A stretch of DNA of 64,000 nucleotides from Gemmatimonadales bacterium (GTDB lineage: Bacteria; Gemmatimonadota; Gemmatimonadetes; Gemmatimonadales; GWC2-71-9): positions 3,926-67,925 of the forward strand of contig DASUJH010000044.1 in NCBI GenBank assembly GCA_036279355.1, given 5' to 3'. Under the pieces are notes generated by a model. It did no database searches. It was not told the DNA's origin and saw nothing but the letters and a program-made list of their open reading frames with translations. Shown here one piece after another: positions 17,808 to 25,980 of the stretch (the stretch's first letter is position 1; each line of letters begins with the position of its first letter). Position numbers and translations under genes: made by a program.

Positions 17808-19870
17808 GACGCGGCCGCGTGCTCCTTCTGATTCTCCTCGGCGACTTTGGCCGCCACCTCCGGTGGCGCCTCGGCGTACCCGCGGAACGCCTGCCGATAG
17901 GTGCCGCGCCCGTGCGTGATCGAGTGCAGCGTGGTGGAGTATCGGTAGAGCTCCGCCTCGGGCAGGATCGCCCGCACCTTGGTGAGCCGCCCATCCTGCT
18001 CGGTGCCGAGGATCTGCCCGCGGCGTGAGCTCAGGTCGCCCATCACGTCGCCCAGCACGTCTTCCGGCGCCCACACCTCGACGTCGGAAAGCGGCTCGAG
18101 CAGCACGGGGCGCGCCTTCGGCGCCACCATCCGGAACGCGAGGATGCCGGCCATCTTGAACGACATCTCGTTGGAGTCGACGTCGTGGTACGATCCGTCG
18201 AAGCACTCGGCGGTGAAATCCACCAGCGGATAGCCGGCGATGACGCCGCGCTCGGCCGCTTCCTGGATGCCGCGGTCCACCGCCGGGATGTACTTGCTGG
18301 GAATGACGCCGCCCACGATGCTGTCGACGAACTCGTAACCCGAGCCGCGCGCCTGCGGCGCGAGCCGGATCCAGCAGTCGCCGTACTGCCCGCGGCCGCC
18401 GGTTTGCTTTTTGTGCTTGCCCTGGCCCTCCGCGCGCCCCTTGAGCGTTTCGCGGTAGGCCACCTTGGGCCGCACCAGGTCCGCGTGCACGCCGAACTTG
18501 CGCGCCAGCCGGCCGAGAATGGTCTCGAAGTGACGCTCGCCCATCCCGTGAATCAGCGTCTGGCCCAGCTCCGAGCTGTACTCGAAATGGAAGGTGGGGT
18601 CCTCCTCGTGCAGCTTGTGCAGACCCGCCGCGAGCTTGTCCTCCTCGCCGCGCTGCTTCACGATCACGGCCGACGTCGCCACCGCCGCGGGGAACGGGAT
18701 CGGCGGGAGCCGCACCGGGTGATCGCGGCGGCAGAAGGTGTCGCCGGTATGCGTGTTCTTGAGTTTGGCGACCGATCCGATGTCGCCGGCCGAGAGCCGT
18801 TCCACCTCGATGCGCTCCTTGCCCTGCTGCACCGACAGGTGATTCAGCTTTTCCGACACCTCGTGCTCCGCATTCCAGACCTCGTCGCCGTTCTTGAGCT
18901 CGCCGGCGTAGAGCCGGAAGAAGCTCACGTCGCCCACGTGCGGCTCGGAGACGGTCTTGAACACGCGGCCCAGGAGCGGCGCGTCCTTGGGCGCGCCCTC
19001 GGGCAGCGGCGCCTCGAGCGGCGAGGGGAACAGCTCCACCATCTTCTTGAGCAGCGCGCGCACGCCGTAGGTCAGCTCGGCGCTCCCGCAGAAGAGCGGG
19101 ACGATGGCGCCCTCGCGCATGCCGCGGTGCATTGCCTGGATCACCTCGTCGCGCGCGATCGGCTCGCCGCCCAGATAGCGCTCGATCAGCGTGTCGTCGG
19201 TCGAGGCGACCGTCTCCGTGAGCTGCTCGGTGTACTGGTCGAAGCGCGCCTGGTACTCCGGCGGCACCGGCACCACGTCGTACTCGCCCGTCTTGGTGCC
19301 GTGCTTGTAGAAGTGGCAGTGCCCGGAGAAGAGATTGATGATGCCGTGAAAGTCGTGCCCGTCGCCGATGGGAATCTCGACCGGGACGACCTTGGGCGTG
19401 AGGTGCGTCTTCACGTCCTGGAAGACGCGCTCGAAGTCGGCGTGCTCCTTGTCCATCGCGGAGACGAACAGGATGCGGGCCAGGTGCAGCTGATCGCACA
19501 CCTCGTACGCCTTCTCGGTGCCGACCTCGACGCCGGCGGTGCCGTTCACGACCACGACCGCCGCATCCGCCGCGTGAAGGCCGGTGACCACTTCGCCGAA
19601 ATAGTCGAGATAGCCCGGGGTGTCGATCAGGTTGATCTTCGTATCCAGCCACTCGGCGTACGCGAGACTCAGGCTGATGGAGTGCTGGCGTTCGATTTCG
19701 TCGGGGGAGTAGTCGGTGAGCGCGGTGCCGTCCTTGACCGAGCCGTGTCTGCGGCTCGCACCGGAGACGAAGGCCAGGGCATCCACCAGCGAGCTCTTGC
19801 CGCTGCCTCCATGGCCGACCAGCGCGACGTTCCTGATGGCGTTCGAGCCATAGACCTTCATGGCCGCCAC
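17804..19870 (-). CDS. elongation factor G paralog (EF-G2-like translational GTPase)
   Basis: 688 aa. G1 is GHGGSGKSS instead of the canonical AHIDAGKT. DTPGYLDF-type G3 motif. Domains II-V are recognisable. Confidence 0.85.
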   Translation of the reverse strand: MAAMKVYGSNAIRNVALVGHGGSGKSSLVDALAFVSGASRRHGSVKDGTALTDYSPDEIERQHSISLSLAYAEWLDTKINLIDTPGYLDYFGEVVTGLHAADAAVVVVNGTAGVEVGTEKAYEVCDQLHLARILFVSAMDKEHADFERVFQDVKTHLTPKVVPVEIPIGDGHDFHGIINLFSGHCHFYKHGTKTGEYDVVPVPPEYQARFDQYTEQLTETVASTDDTLIERYLGGEPIARDEVIQAMHRGMREGAIVPLFCGSAELTYGVRALLKKMVELFPSPLEAPLPEGAPKDAPLLGRVFKTVSEPHVGDVSFFRLYAGELKNGDEVWNAEHEVSEKLNHLSVQQGKERIEVERLSAGDIGSVAKLKNTHTGDTFCRRDHPVRLPPIPFPAAVATSAVIVKQRGEEDKLAAGLHKLHEEDPTFHFEYSSELGQTLIHGMGERHFETILGRLARKFGVHADLVRPKVAYRETLKGRAEGQGKHKKQTGGRGQYGDCWIRLAPQARGSGYEFVDSIVGGVIPSKYIPAVDRGIQEAAERGVIAGYPLVDFTAECFDGSYHDVDSNEMSFKMAGILAFRMVAPKARPVLLEPLSDVEVWAPEDVLGDVMGDLSSRRGQILGTEQDGRLTKVRAILPEAELYRYSTTLHSITHGRGTYRQAFRGYAEAPPEVAAKVAEENQKEHAAAS

Positions 19871-20004
19871 CTCCTCGGGTATGGTGAATTTCCATTTTGC
19901 GGTGCGGGCCCGCCGATGTCAAATCAGGCGCAGCGTGATGGCGGTCACGTTGCCGGCGCCGCGCGGCGAGCACCTTGCTGTGACACGCGTGAGGGAGTCG
20001 TGCC

Positions 20005-20415
20005 ATGGAATCAGCCGGCGATGCGGGTGCCTTGCTGCACCTGAGCGACACCGATCTTGCCCTGGAGAACCCGGTCTGGGACGTCCGGGGCCGTAAGGTC
20101 CTCGATGCGGACGGCGAGGAGATCGGCGAGGTGGACGATCTGTTGATCGACGCCGCCGAGCGGCGGGTGCGGTTTCTTCAAGTGTCGTCGGGTGGATTTC
20201 TTGGGCTGGGTGAGACCCGGTTCCTGATCCCGAGCGGAGCGGTGGACGAGGTAACGCCGGAGCACGTGCGGGTCGGACGGCACCGCGAGCACGTGGCCGC
20301 CGCACCGCGGTACGACCCGACGGTGGTGGACGAGCATTACCTGGCGGATCTCCACGGCTACTACCAGATGCCGCCCTACTGGGGGCCGGCGTATATGCGG
20401 GGGCCGTATTTCTAG
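20005..20415 (+). CDS. PRC-barrel domain protein
   Basis: Sequence VRGRKVLDADGEEIGEVDDLLIDAAERRVRFLQV...FLIPSGAV is typical of a PRC barrel. Confidence 0.7.
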   Translation: MESAGDAGALLHLSDTDLALENPVWDVRGRKVLDADGEEIGEVDDLLIDAAERRVRFLQVSSGGFLGLGETRFLIPSGAVDEVTPEHVRVGRHREHVAAAPRYDPTVVDEHYLADLHGYYQMPPYWGPAYMRGPYF

Positions 20416-20451
20416 GCGCGACATCGCGCCGGAGCCGCCCCGGACGCGGCG

Positions 20452-22341
20452 CTATCGATACCCCGCCGCCTGCAGCGAAAACAGCTCCGCGTAGAGGCCA
20501 CCCTCCGCCACCAGCGCCTCGTGCGTCCCCTGCTCGACGATTTCCCCGTCCCGGAGCACCAGAATCCGGTCCGCCATGCGCACGGTCGAAAACCGGTGCG
20601 AGATGAGCACCGCCATCTTCCCCGCCGTGAGCTCCGAGAACCTGAGAAACACTTCGTATTCCGCCCGTGCATCGAGCGCCGCGGTGGGCTCGTCGAGAAT
20701 GAGCAGTTGCGCTTCGCGCAGGTACGCCCGCGCAAGCGCCACCTTCTGCCATTCGCCCCCCGAGAGATCGACCCCGCCCTCGAACCGCCGCCCCAGCATC
20801 TGGTCGTAGCGATCGGCCAGGCGCCGCGCCACCGAGTCGGCGAGGCTACGCTCGGCCGCGCCTTCGATCGCGGGCTCGTCCTCGCGGCGTTCTATGTTGC
20901 CGACCGCGATGTTCTCCCGCAGGATGAGATCGTAGCGCACGAAGTCCTGAAAGATCACTCCGACGTTGCGCCGGAGGCTGTCCACGTCGTACTCCCGCAG
21001 GTCCACGCCGTCGAGCAGGATACGCCCTTCGGTCGGGTCGTAGAGCCGGGCGAGGAGCTTCACCAGCGTGGTCTTGCCGGCGCCGTTCTCCCCCACCAGC
21101 GCGAGCCGCTCGCCCGGGGCCAGCGAAAAGTCGAGCCCGCGCACCGCCCAGTGCTCGGAGCCCGGATAGGCAAAACCCACCCGCTCGAAGACGAAGCCCT
21201 GCCGGATCGGCACCGGGACCTTGCGCGCTCCCGGATTCGCACGGATGCGGGGCTCGACCGCGAAGAAGCTGAACAGGTCGTCGAGGTAAAGGCTCTGCTC
21301 GTACACCTGCGAGAGCGAGAGCAGCACGCGTTGAATGAGATCTCGGCTCTGGCGGAACGAGCCGGCGAGAAAGGTGAGCACGCCGATGGTGAAGAGCCCG
21401 GCGGGTCCGCGATGGCCGATCACGGTGAGATAGATGATGACGACATATGCCGCGTAGTAGCCGAGCGTACCGACCACCGCGAGCGCGGACGACACGACGC
21501 TCCGGCGCACGGCGAGCGCCTTGTTCGCATCGTAGAACTCCTGGCTCAGCCGGTCGTAGCGCCCCACGAGAAAATCCGAGAGCCCGAAGAGCTTCACCTC
21601 CTTGGCCGAGATGTCGCTCGCGCCGACGTAGCGGAGGTAGTCGAGCTGGCGCCGCTCCGGCGTCCACGAATAGAGGAGCGAGTAGCCAAGCGAGGCAAAG
21701 TGGGTTTCGCCGAGGAGCGACGGCAGCACCGCGAGCACGAGCAGCACGAGCAGCCACGGCACGTAGGCCACGAGCGCCGCGGCGAGTGAGAACAGCGTGA
21801 TTGCGTCCTGCAGCGAGCTCAGCAGCAGCGTGAAGAGCCCGATGCGCCCCACCGTCTGCCGCCGTGCGCGCTCCAGCCGGTCGTACAGCTCGGCGTCCTC
21901 GAACTGCTCCAGGTCGAGTATCGCGGCGTGGCGCATCAAATCCACGCTCGTGCGGTTGGCGAAGAGGTCGCCGAGCAGGCTCTCGAGCAGCGCGGAGAGG
22001 CGGCTCAGCCCTTCGCCCGTCACCGCGATGGCGAACTCGGTCCCGAGCAGCATGCCAAGCCGGCGCCAGTCGGCGTGGCCCCCGTTCCGGGTCACCGCGT
22101 CCACCACCTCGTCCACGATGAGCTTCCCGATCCAGAGCACGCCGAGCGGCACCGCCGCGCGCACGATCCGGAGCACGAGGATGCCGGCGACGTAGCGCGG
22201 CTCGGTGTGCCACACGAGGCGCAGCAGGCGCGGGAGGTGCCGCATGGCGCGCAGGCGTTCGCGCCAGGTGGGGGGCGCGGCGGCCGGCTTACGCGGACCG
22301 TGATTCCGGCGTACGATCGGGGGCACCGCGGGGAAGGTCAT
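20452..22341 (-). CDS. ABC exporter, fused permease/ATPase (MsbA-like type I exporter)
   Basis: Six-TM N-domain; Walker A GENGAGKTT; signature LSGGEWQKV; Walker B LLILDEPT. Start at ATG 22341 (MTFPAV). The longer ORF extension to 22740 is implausible. Confidence 0.85.
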   Translation of the reverse strand: MTFPAVPPIVRRNHGPRKPAAAPPTWRERLRAMRHLPRLLRLVWHTEPRYVAGILVLRIVRAAVPLGVLWIGKLIVDEVVDAVTRNGGHADWRRLGMLLGTEFAIAVTGEGLSRLSALLESLLGDLFANRTSVDLMRHAAILDLEQFEDAELYDRLERARRQTVGRIGLFTLLLSSLQDAITLFSLAAALVAYVPWLLVLLVLAVLPSLLGETHFASLGYSLLYSWTPERRQLDYLRYVGASDISAKEVKLFGLSDFLVGRYDRLSQEFYDANKALAVRRSVVSSALAVVGTLGYYAAYVVIIYLTVIGHRGPAGLFTIGVLTFLAGSFRQSRDLIQRVLLSLSQVYEQSLYLDDLFSFFAVEPRIRANPGARKVPVPIRQGFVFERVGFAYPGSEHWAVRGLDFSLAPGERLALVGENGAGKTTLVKLLARLYDPTEGRILLDGVDLREYDVDSLRRNVGVIFQDFVRYDLILRENIAVGNIERREDEPAIEGAAERSLADSVARRLADRYDQMLGRRFEGGVDLSGGEWQKVALARAYLREAQLLILDEPTAALDARAEYEVFLRFSELTAGKMAVLISHRFSTVRMADRILVLRDGEIVEQGTHEALVAEGGLYAELFSLQAAGYR

Positions 22342-22360
22342 GGCGGAATTTAGGCGCACG

Positions 22361-22450
22361 GGCGGACAGGCGGACGGACGGACAGATGGACAGGAGCTCC
22401 GAGTACCACCGATGTTTCTGACGGCCTGTCCCGCCGTCCGCCTGTCCGCC
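22361..22450. repeat. long inverted repeat (25-bp arms with 2 mismatches, 39-nt spacer)
   Basis: GGCGGACAGGCGGACGGACGGACAG (22361-22385) against CCTGTCCCGCCGTCCGCCTGTCCGCC (22425-22450). The outermost 17 bp of each arm (distal to the 39-nt spacer) pair perfectly. Confidence 0.85.
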
Positions 22451-22465
22451 TGAGAGGAGCTCTCG

Positions 22466-23062
22466 ATGATCAACGCGTTCTGGCCGACCCTGTGGCACAA
22501 CCTGGTCCACTTCGGCGCGCCGAGCACGCCGGTCTCGCTAGTCGAGAAGGTGGTTCGGCCCGTGGTGGTGTACGTGGCGCTGGTGGTCTGGCTCAAGCGG
22601 TGGGGCAAGCGCATCCTCGCCCAGCTCAATCCGTTCGATTTCGTGCTGCTGCTCATGCTGTCGAACACGGTGCAGAACGCGATCATCGGCAACGACACCT
22701 CGCTCACCGGCGGGCTGCTGGGCGCGGCCGCGCTGCTCACCGTGAACTGGGTACTGGTGTGGTACTACTATCGCGGCCCGTCGATCGATCGGCTCTTTCG
22801 CGAGGACGGTGACATGTGCCTCATCGACGGCGGCCGGGTCGAGGAATCGGATCTGGCGCGCCTCCACATCAGCCGCGGCGAGCTCATCGCGAAGGCGCAC
22901 GAGCGCGGCTTCGATGACCTGGATGAAATCGATCACGCGGTCCTCTATCCCAATGGCACCATCTATTTCCGCGGCCGCCGTCCCGACGAGGCCGAGCGCC
23001 GCCACCGCGAGCTGATGGAGGGGATCGAGCACATCCAGCGGGAGCTGGCGGGGAGGAGATAG
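22466..23062 (+). CDS. DUF421 (YetF-like) membrane protein
   Basis: Sequence LNPFDFVLLLMLSNTVQNAIIG and the C-terminal soluble domain typical of DUF421. GAGGAG RBS at 22453-22458. Confidence 0.75.
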   Translation: MINAFWPTLWHNLVHFGAPSTPVSLVEKVVRPVVVYVALVVWLKRWGKRILAQLNPFDFVLLLMLSNTVQNAIIGNDTSLTGGLLGAAALLTVNWVLVWYYYRGPSIDRLFREDGDMCLIDGGRVEESDLARLHISRGELIAKAHERGFDDLDEIDHAVLYPNGTIYFRGRRPDEAERRHRELMEGIEHIQRELAGRR

Positions 23063-23098
23063 GCGGCCCGCCGCCAGTCCGCCCGACTATCTTCCCGC

Positions 23099-23800
23099 AT
23101 GCCCATCTGTCTCGTCACCGGTGCCACCGAAGGCATTGGTCGCGCCACCGCATTCGCCCTTGGTTACGGCGGCTGGCAGGTGGGCGTGTGCGCCCGCACG
23201 CGGGCCAAGATGGATGCACTCGTCGAGGAGCTGGGCGCCGCCGGCATCCGCGCGGCCGGACACGCGGGCGATGTGGCCTGCGAGGCCGATGCGCACGCGA
23301 TCGTCTCCACCGTCACCACGGCACTCGGTTGCGTCGATGCGCTCATCAACAACGCCGGCGTCGCCATCGTCAAGCGGTTCGAGGAGTTGACGCTCGCCGA
23401 CTGGGACGCCACGATGGCCACCAACCTGCGCGGGCTCTATCTCATGACGCGTGAGGTGCTGCCCGGCATGCGGGAGCGCCGCCACGGTGCCATCGTGAAC
23501 GTGGCCAGCCTCGCGGGGCGCCATGGTTTCGTCGGCGGCTCGGCCTATGCCGCGTCCAAGCACGGCGTGCTCGGCTTCAGTCGGGCCCTCATGCTCGAGG
23601 TGCGGAAGGAGAACGTGCGCGTGATCGCCGTCTGCCCGGGCTCGGTCGACACCGCAATGATTCGCGGGCATCCCCTTCTCAAGTCCGACCCCAGCCGGAT
23701 TCTCCAACCCGAGGACGTCGCCGCCACGATCGCCCACGCGCTGGCGCTCCCCGAGCGCGCGCTGGTGAGCGAGCTGGACATCCGGCCGACCAATCCATAG
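23099..23800 (+). CDS. SDR-family short-chain dehydrogenase/reductase
   Basis: TGATEGIGRA (TGxxxGxG), NNAG, and the catalytic motif YAASKHG. Confidence 0.85.
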   Translation: MPICLVTGATEGIGRATAFALGYGGWQVGVCARTRAKMDALVEELGAAGIRAAGHAGDVACEADAHAIVSTVTTALGCVDALINNAGVAIVKRFEELTLADWDATMATNLRGLYLMTREVLPGMRERRHGAIVNVASLAGRHGFVGGSAYAASKHGVLGFSRALMLEVRKENVRVIAVCPGSVDTAMIRGHPLLKSDPSRILQPEDVAATIAHALALPERALVSELDIRPTNP

Positions 23801-23811
23801 CTCCACTGCAC

Positions 23812-24006
23812 GTGTCCATCACCGTCTCGAAGTGCATCTGCCGGGATATGCCGTTCGCGCGGCTGCTCCCGCTCGCGCGGCGCGCCGGGTGGGATCTCGA
23901 GGCGCTGATGCGGGAGACCGGCTGCGGCGCACAGTGCGGGCTCTGCCGCCCCTACCTGCGCCGCATGTTCGAGACCGGCGAAACCGCATTCCACGAACTA
24001 CTGTGA
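23812..24006 (+). CDS. BFD-like [2Fe-2S]-binding domain protein
   Basis: 64 aa with the Cys pattern C-x-C ... C-x3-C-x-x-C (CICRD ... GCGAQCGLC). Confidence 0.7.
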   Translation: MSITVSKCICRDMPFARLLPLARRAGWDLEALMRETGCGAQCGLCRPYLRRMFETGETAFHELL

Positions 24007-25103
24007 CCGCTTTACCTTGTATCTCCAGAATCGTTGCGCTGGCGCTCGGCGCCGGCCTGGCGGTGGCTGCCGCCGGCTGCAAGCCGGAGGATCCACGTCT
24101 TTCCCCCGGCGGCCTCTACGGCACCGAGCTGATCCCACCGCGGGTGAAGCCCGACTTCACTCTGACCGCTACCGACGGCATCCGATTTCCTTTTCGCGCC
24201 CGCACCGACGGCTATCTCACGCTGCTCTTTTTCGGCTACACCAACTGCCCCGACATCTGTCCGGTGCACATGGCCAATATCGCGGCCGTGATGAAGAAGC
24301 TCCCGGCGCGGGTGACCGAGCGCATGCGCGTCGTCTTCGTGACCACCGATCCCGCGCGCGACACGCCGGAGCACCTGCGCCGCTGGCTCGACGGGTTCGA
24401 CCCCACGTTCATCGGGCTCACCGGCACCGACGACGATATCCGGCGCGCCGAGGATGCCGCGGGCGTGCCGCCGGCCGCGCGCGAGGTGCCGGGCGCCGAC
24501 TCCGCGGATGCCGCGCCGGCGAGCACGGTCGCGGCCACCGGCACCGCCGGTACCGGTGACTCCGCCGAATACACCGTCGGGCATGCGGCGTACGTGATCG
24601 CTTACGCCCCTGACAATCGCGCGCACGCCATGTATCCCTTCGGCACCCGACAATCGGACTGGGCGCACGACCTGCCCAAGCTGGCCAACGTGACCGCATC
24701 CGCCTCATCGAGCGCCGCGTCTCCCGCCGGACCTCTGGTGGACGTGACCGGCGCGCGCGTGCTGGCCACCCCGGGCGCCGACGTCGCGGCCGGGTACTTC
24801 CGGGTACGGAACGCCGGCACCGTGCCGCTTACGCTCGTCTCGGTGTCGGCCGTCGGCGCGCGACAGGTCTCGTTGCACCAGGAGCGCCGCGCCGGCAACG
24901 TCATGCGCATGGTGCCCGCGGGGCCGTTCACGATCGAGCCGGGGAAATCGCTGGTGCTTTCACCGGGCGCGGCGCATCTCATGTTGAGTGGCCTCGCTCG
25001 GCCGCTCGCGCCGGGCGACACGGTGCAGCTCACGCTCACGTTCGAGGGGGCGGGCTCGCTCACCGTCGAGGCCCCGGTGCACCCATACGGAGAGGACGAC
25101 TGA
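24003..25103 (+). CDS. Sco1/SenC thiol:disulfide copper chaperone fused to a PCu(A)C (DUF461) copper chaperone
   Basis: GTG 24003 overlaps the upstream stop (GTGA). Lipobox AAAGC. Sco motif YTNCPDICP plus VGHAAY. C-terminal H..M..HLM pattern (HQERRAGNVMRM ... AAHLML). Confidence 0.8.
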   Translation: MTALPCISRIVALALGAGLAVAAAGCKPEDPRLSPGGLYGTELIPPRVKPDFTLTATDGIRFPFRARTDGYLTLLFFGYTNCPDICPVHMANIAAVMKKLPARVTERMRVVFVTTDPARDTPEHLRRWLDGFDPTFIGLTGTDDDIRRAEDAAGVPPAAREVPGADSADAAPASTVAATGTAGTGDSAEYTVGHAAYVIAYAPDNRAHAMYPFGTRQSDWAHDLPKLANVTASASSSAASPAGPLVDVTGARVLATPGADVAAGYFRVRNAGTVPLTLVSVSAVGARQVSLHQERRAGNVMRMVPAGPFTIEPGKSLVLSPGAAHLMLSGLARPLAPGDTVQLTLTFEGAGSLTVEAPVHPYGEDD

Positions 25104-25107
25104 CGCG

Positions 25108-25980
25108 ATGAAGTGGTGGTGCTCGGCGAGTGCGACGCCATGGGAGTGGATCTGGCGACCCTACCCCGGCGTGTGGCTCCTCATCGCGGTCGTGCTCTGG
25201 CGCTACGTCCGGCTACGCCGGGCGGACGCGCGGGCCGGCGCGGCCGGCGGCGAACGCAATGCCGAGCCGGGCGCGGCCAACGGCTGGAACACTGTGGCGT
25301 TTGCGCTGGGTCTCGCGACGCTCTGGGCCGCGCTCGACTGGCCCCTGGGTCCGCTCGGCGCCGGATACCTGGTGAGCGTGCACACCGTGCAGTACCTGCT
25401 GCTCAACTTCGTCGCCGCGCCGCTGCTTCTACTCGGCGTGCCGCCCGCGTCGTGGCGCCGGCTTGCCCGGAGCGGCGCCATCGGCGCCGTGCTCCGATTC
25501 GCCGTGCGGCCTCTCGTGGCGCTCATCGGCTACGACGTCATCATCGTCGTCACCCACGTTCCGAGCCTGGTGGACGGGCTCATGGCTCAGCAATTGGGCA
25601 ACATGGTGATCGACCTCGCCTGGCTCGCGTCGGGGCTTCTCCTCTGGTGGCCCGTCGTAGCACCCGACGACGTGAGCCGGCTCGCCCCGCTCCTCAAGAT
25701 GGGCTACCTGTTCGCGACCACGATCATTCCGACCGCGCCGGCCGCGTTCCTCACCTTCTCGGACTATCCCGCGTACTCGATCTTCGAGCTGGCGCCAAGG
25801 GTCTATGGCATCGGCGCGCTGCAAGACCAGCAGACCGCGGGCATCCTGATGAAGCTCGCGGCCGACCCATTCATCTGGCTGGCGATGGGGATAGTGTTTT
25901 TCCGGTGGAGCGGCGAAGCGGAACGGGAGGAGGAGGCGCGCCGACTGGCCGTCAGCCGACCCGCTTCCACCCGGGTATGA
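25108..25980 (+). CDS. ctaG: cytochrome c oxidase assembly factor CtaG (caa3-type) membrane protein
   Basis: Polytopic membrane protein with HTVQYLLLNFVAAPLL and QTAGILMKL motifs. ATG 25108 lies 5 nt after the Sco stop. Confidence 0.7.
   Translation: MKWWCSASATPWEWIWRPYPGVWLLIAVVLWRYVRLRRADARAGAAGGERNAEPGAANGWNTVAFALGLATLWAALDWPLGPLGAGYLVSVHTVQYLLLNFVAAPLLLLGVPPASWRRLARSGAIGAVLRFAVRPLVALIGYDVIIVVTHVPSLVDGLMAQQLGNMVIDLAWLASGLLLWWPVVAPDDVSRLAPLLKMGYLFATTIIPTAPAAFLTFSDYPAYSIFELAPRVYGIGALQDQQTAGILMKLAADPFIWLAMGIVFFRWSGEAEREEEARRLAVSRPASTRV

Noticed and set aside
17421-20051. 876-aa ORF spanning the EF-G region.
   Set aside because: Only its last 128 codons (17421..17807) look like a real membrane protein. 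The rest is an alternate frame of the EF-G2 gene with junk composition.
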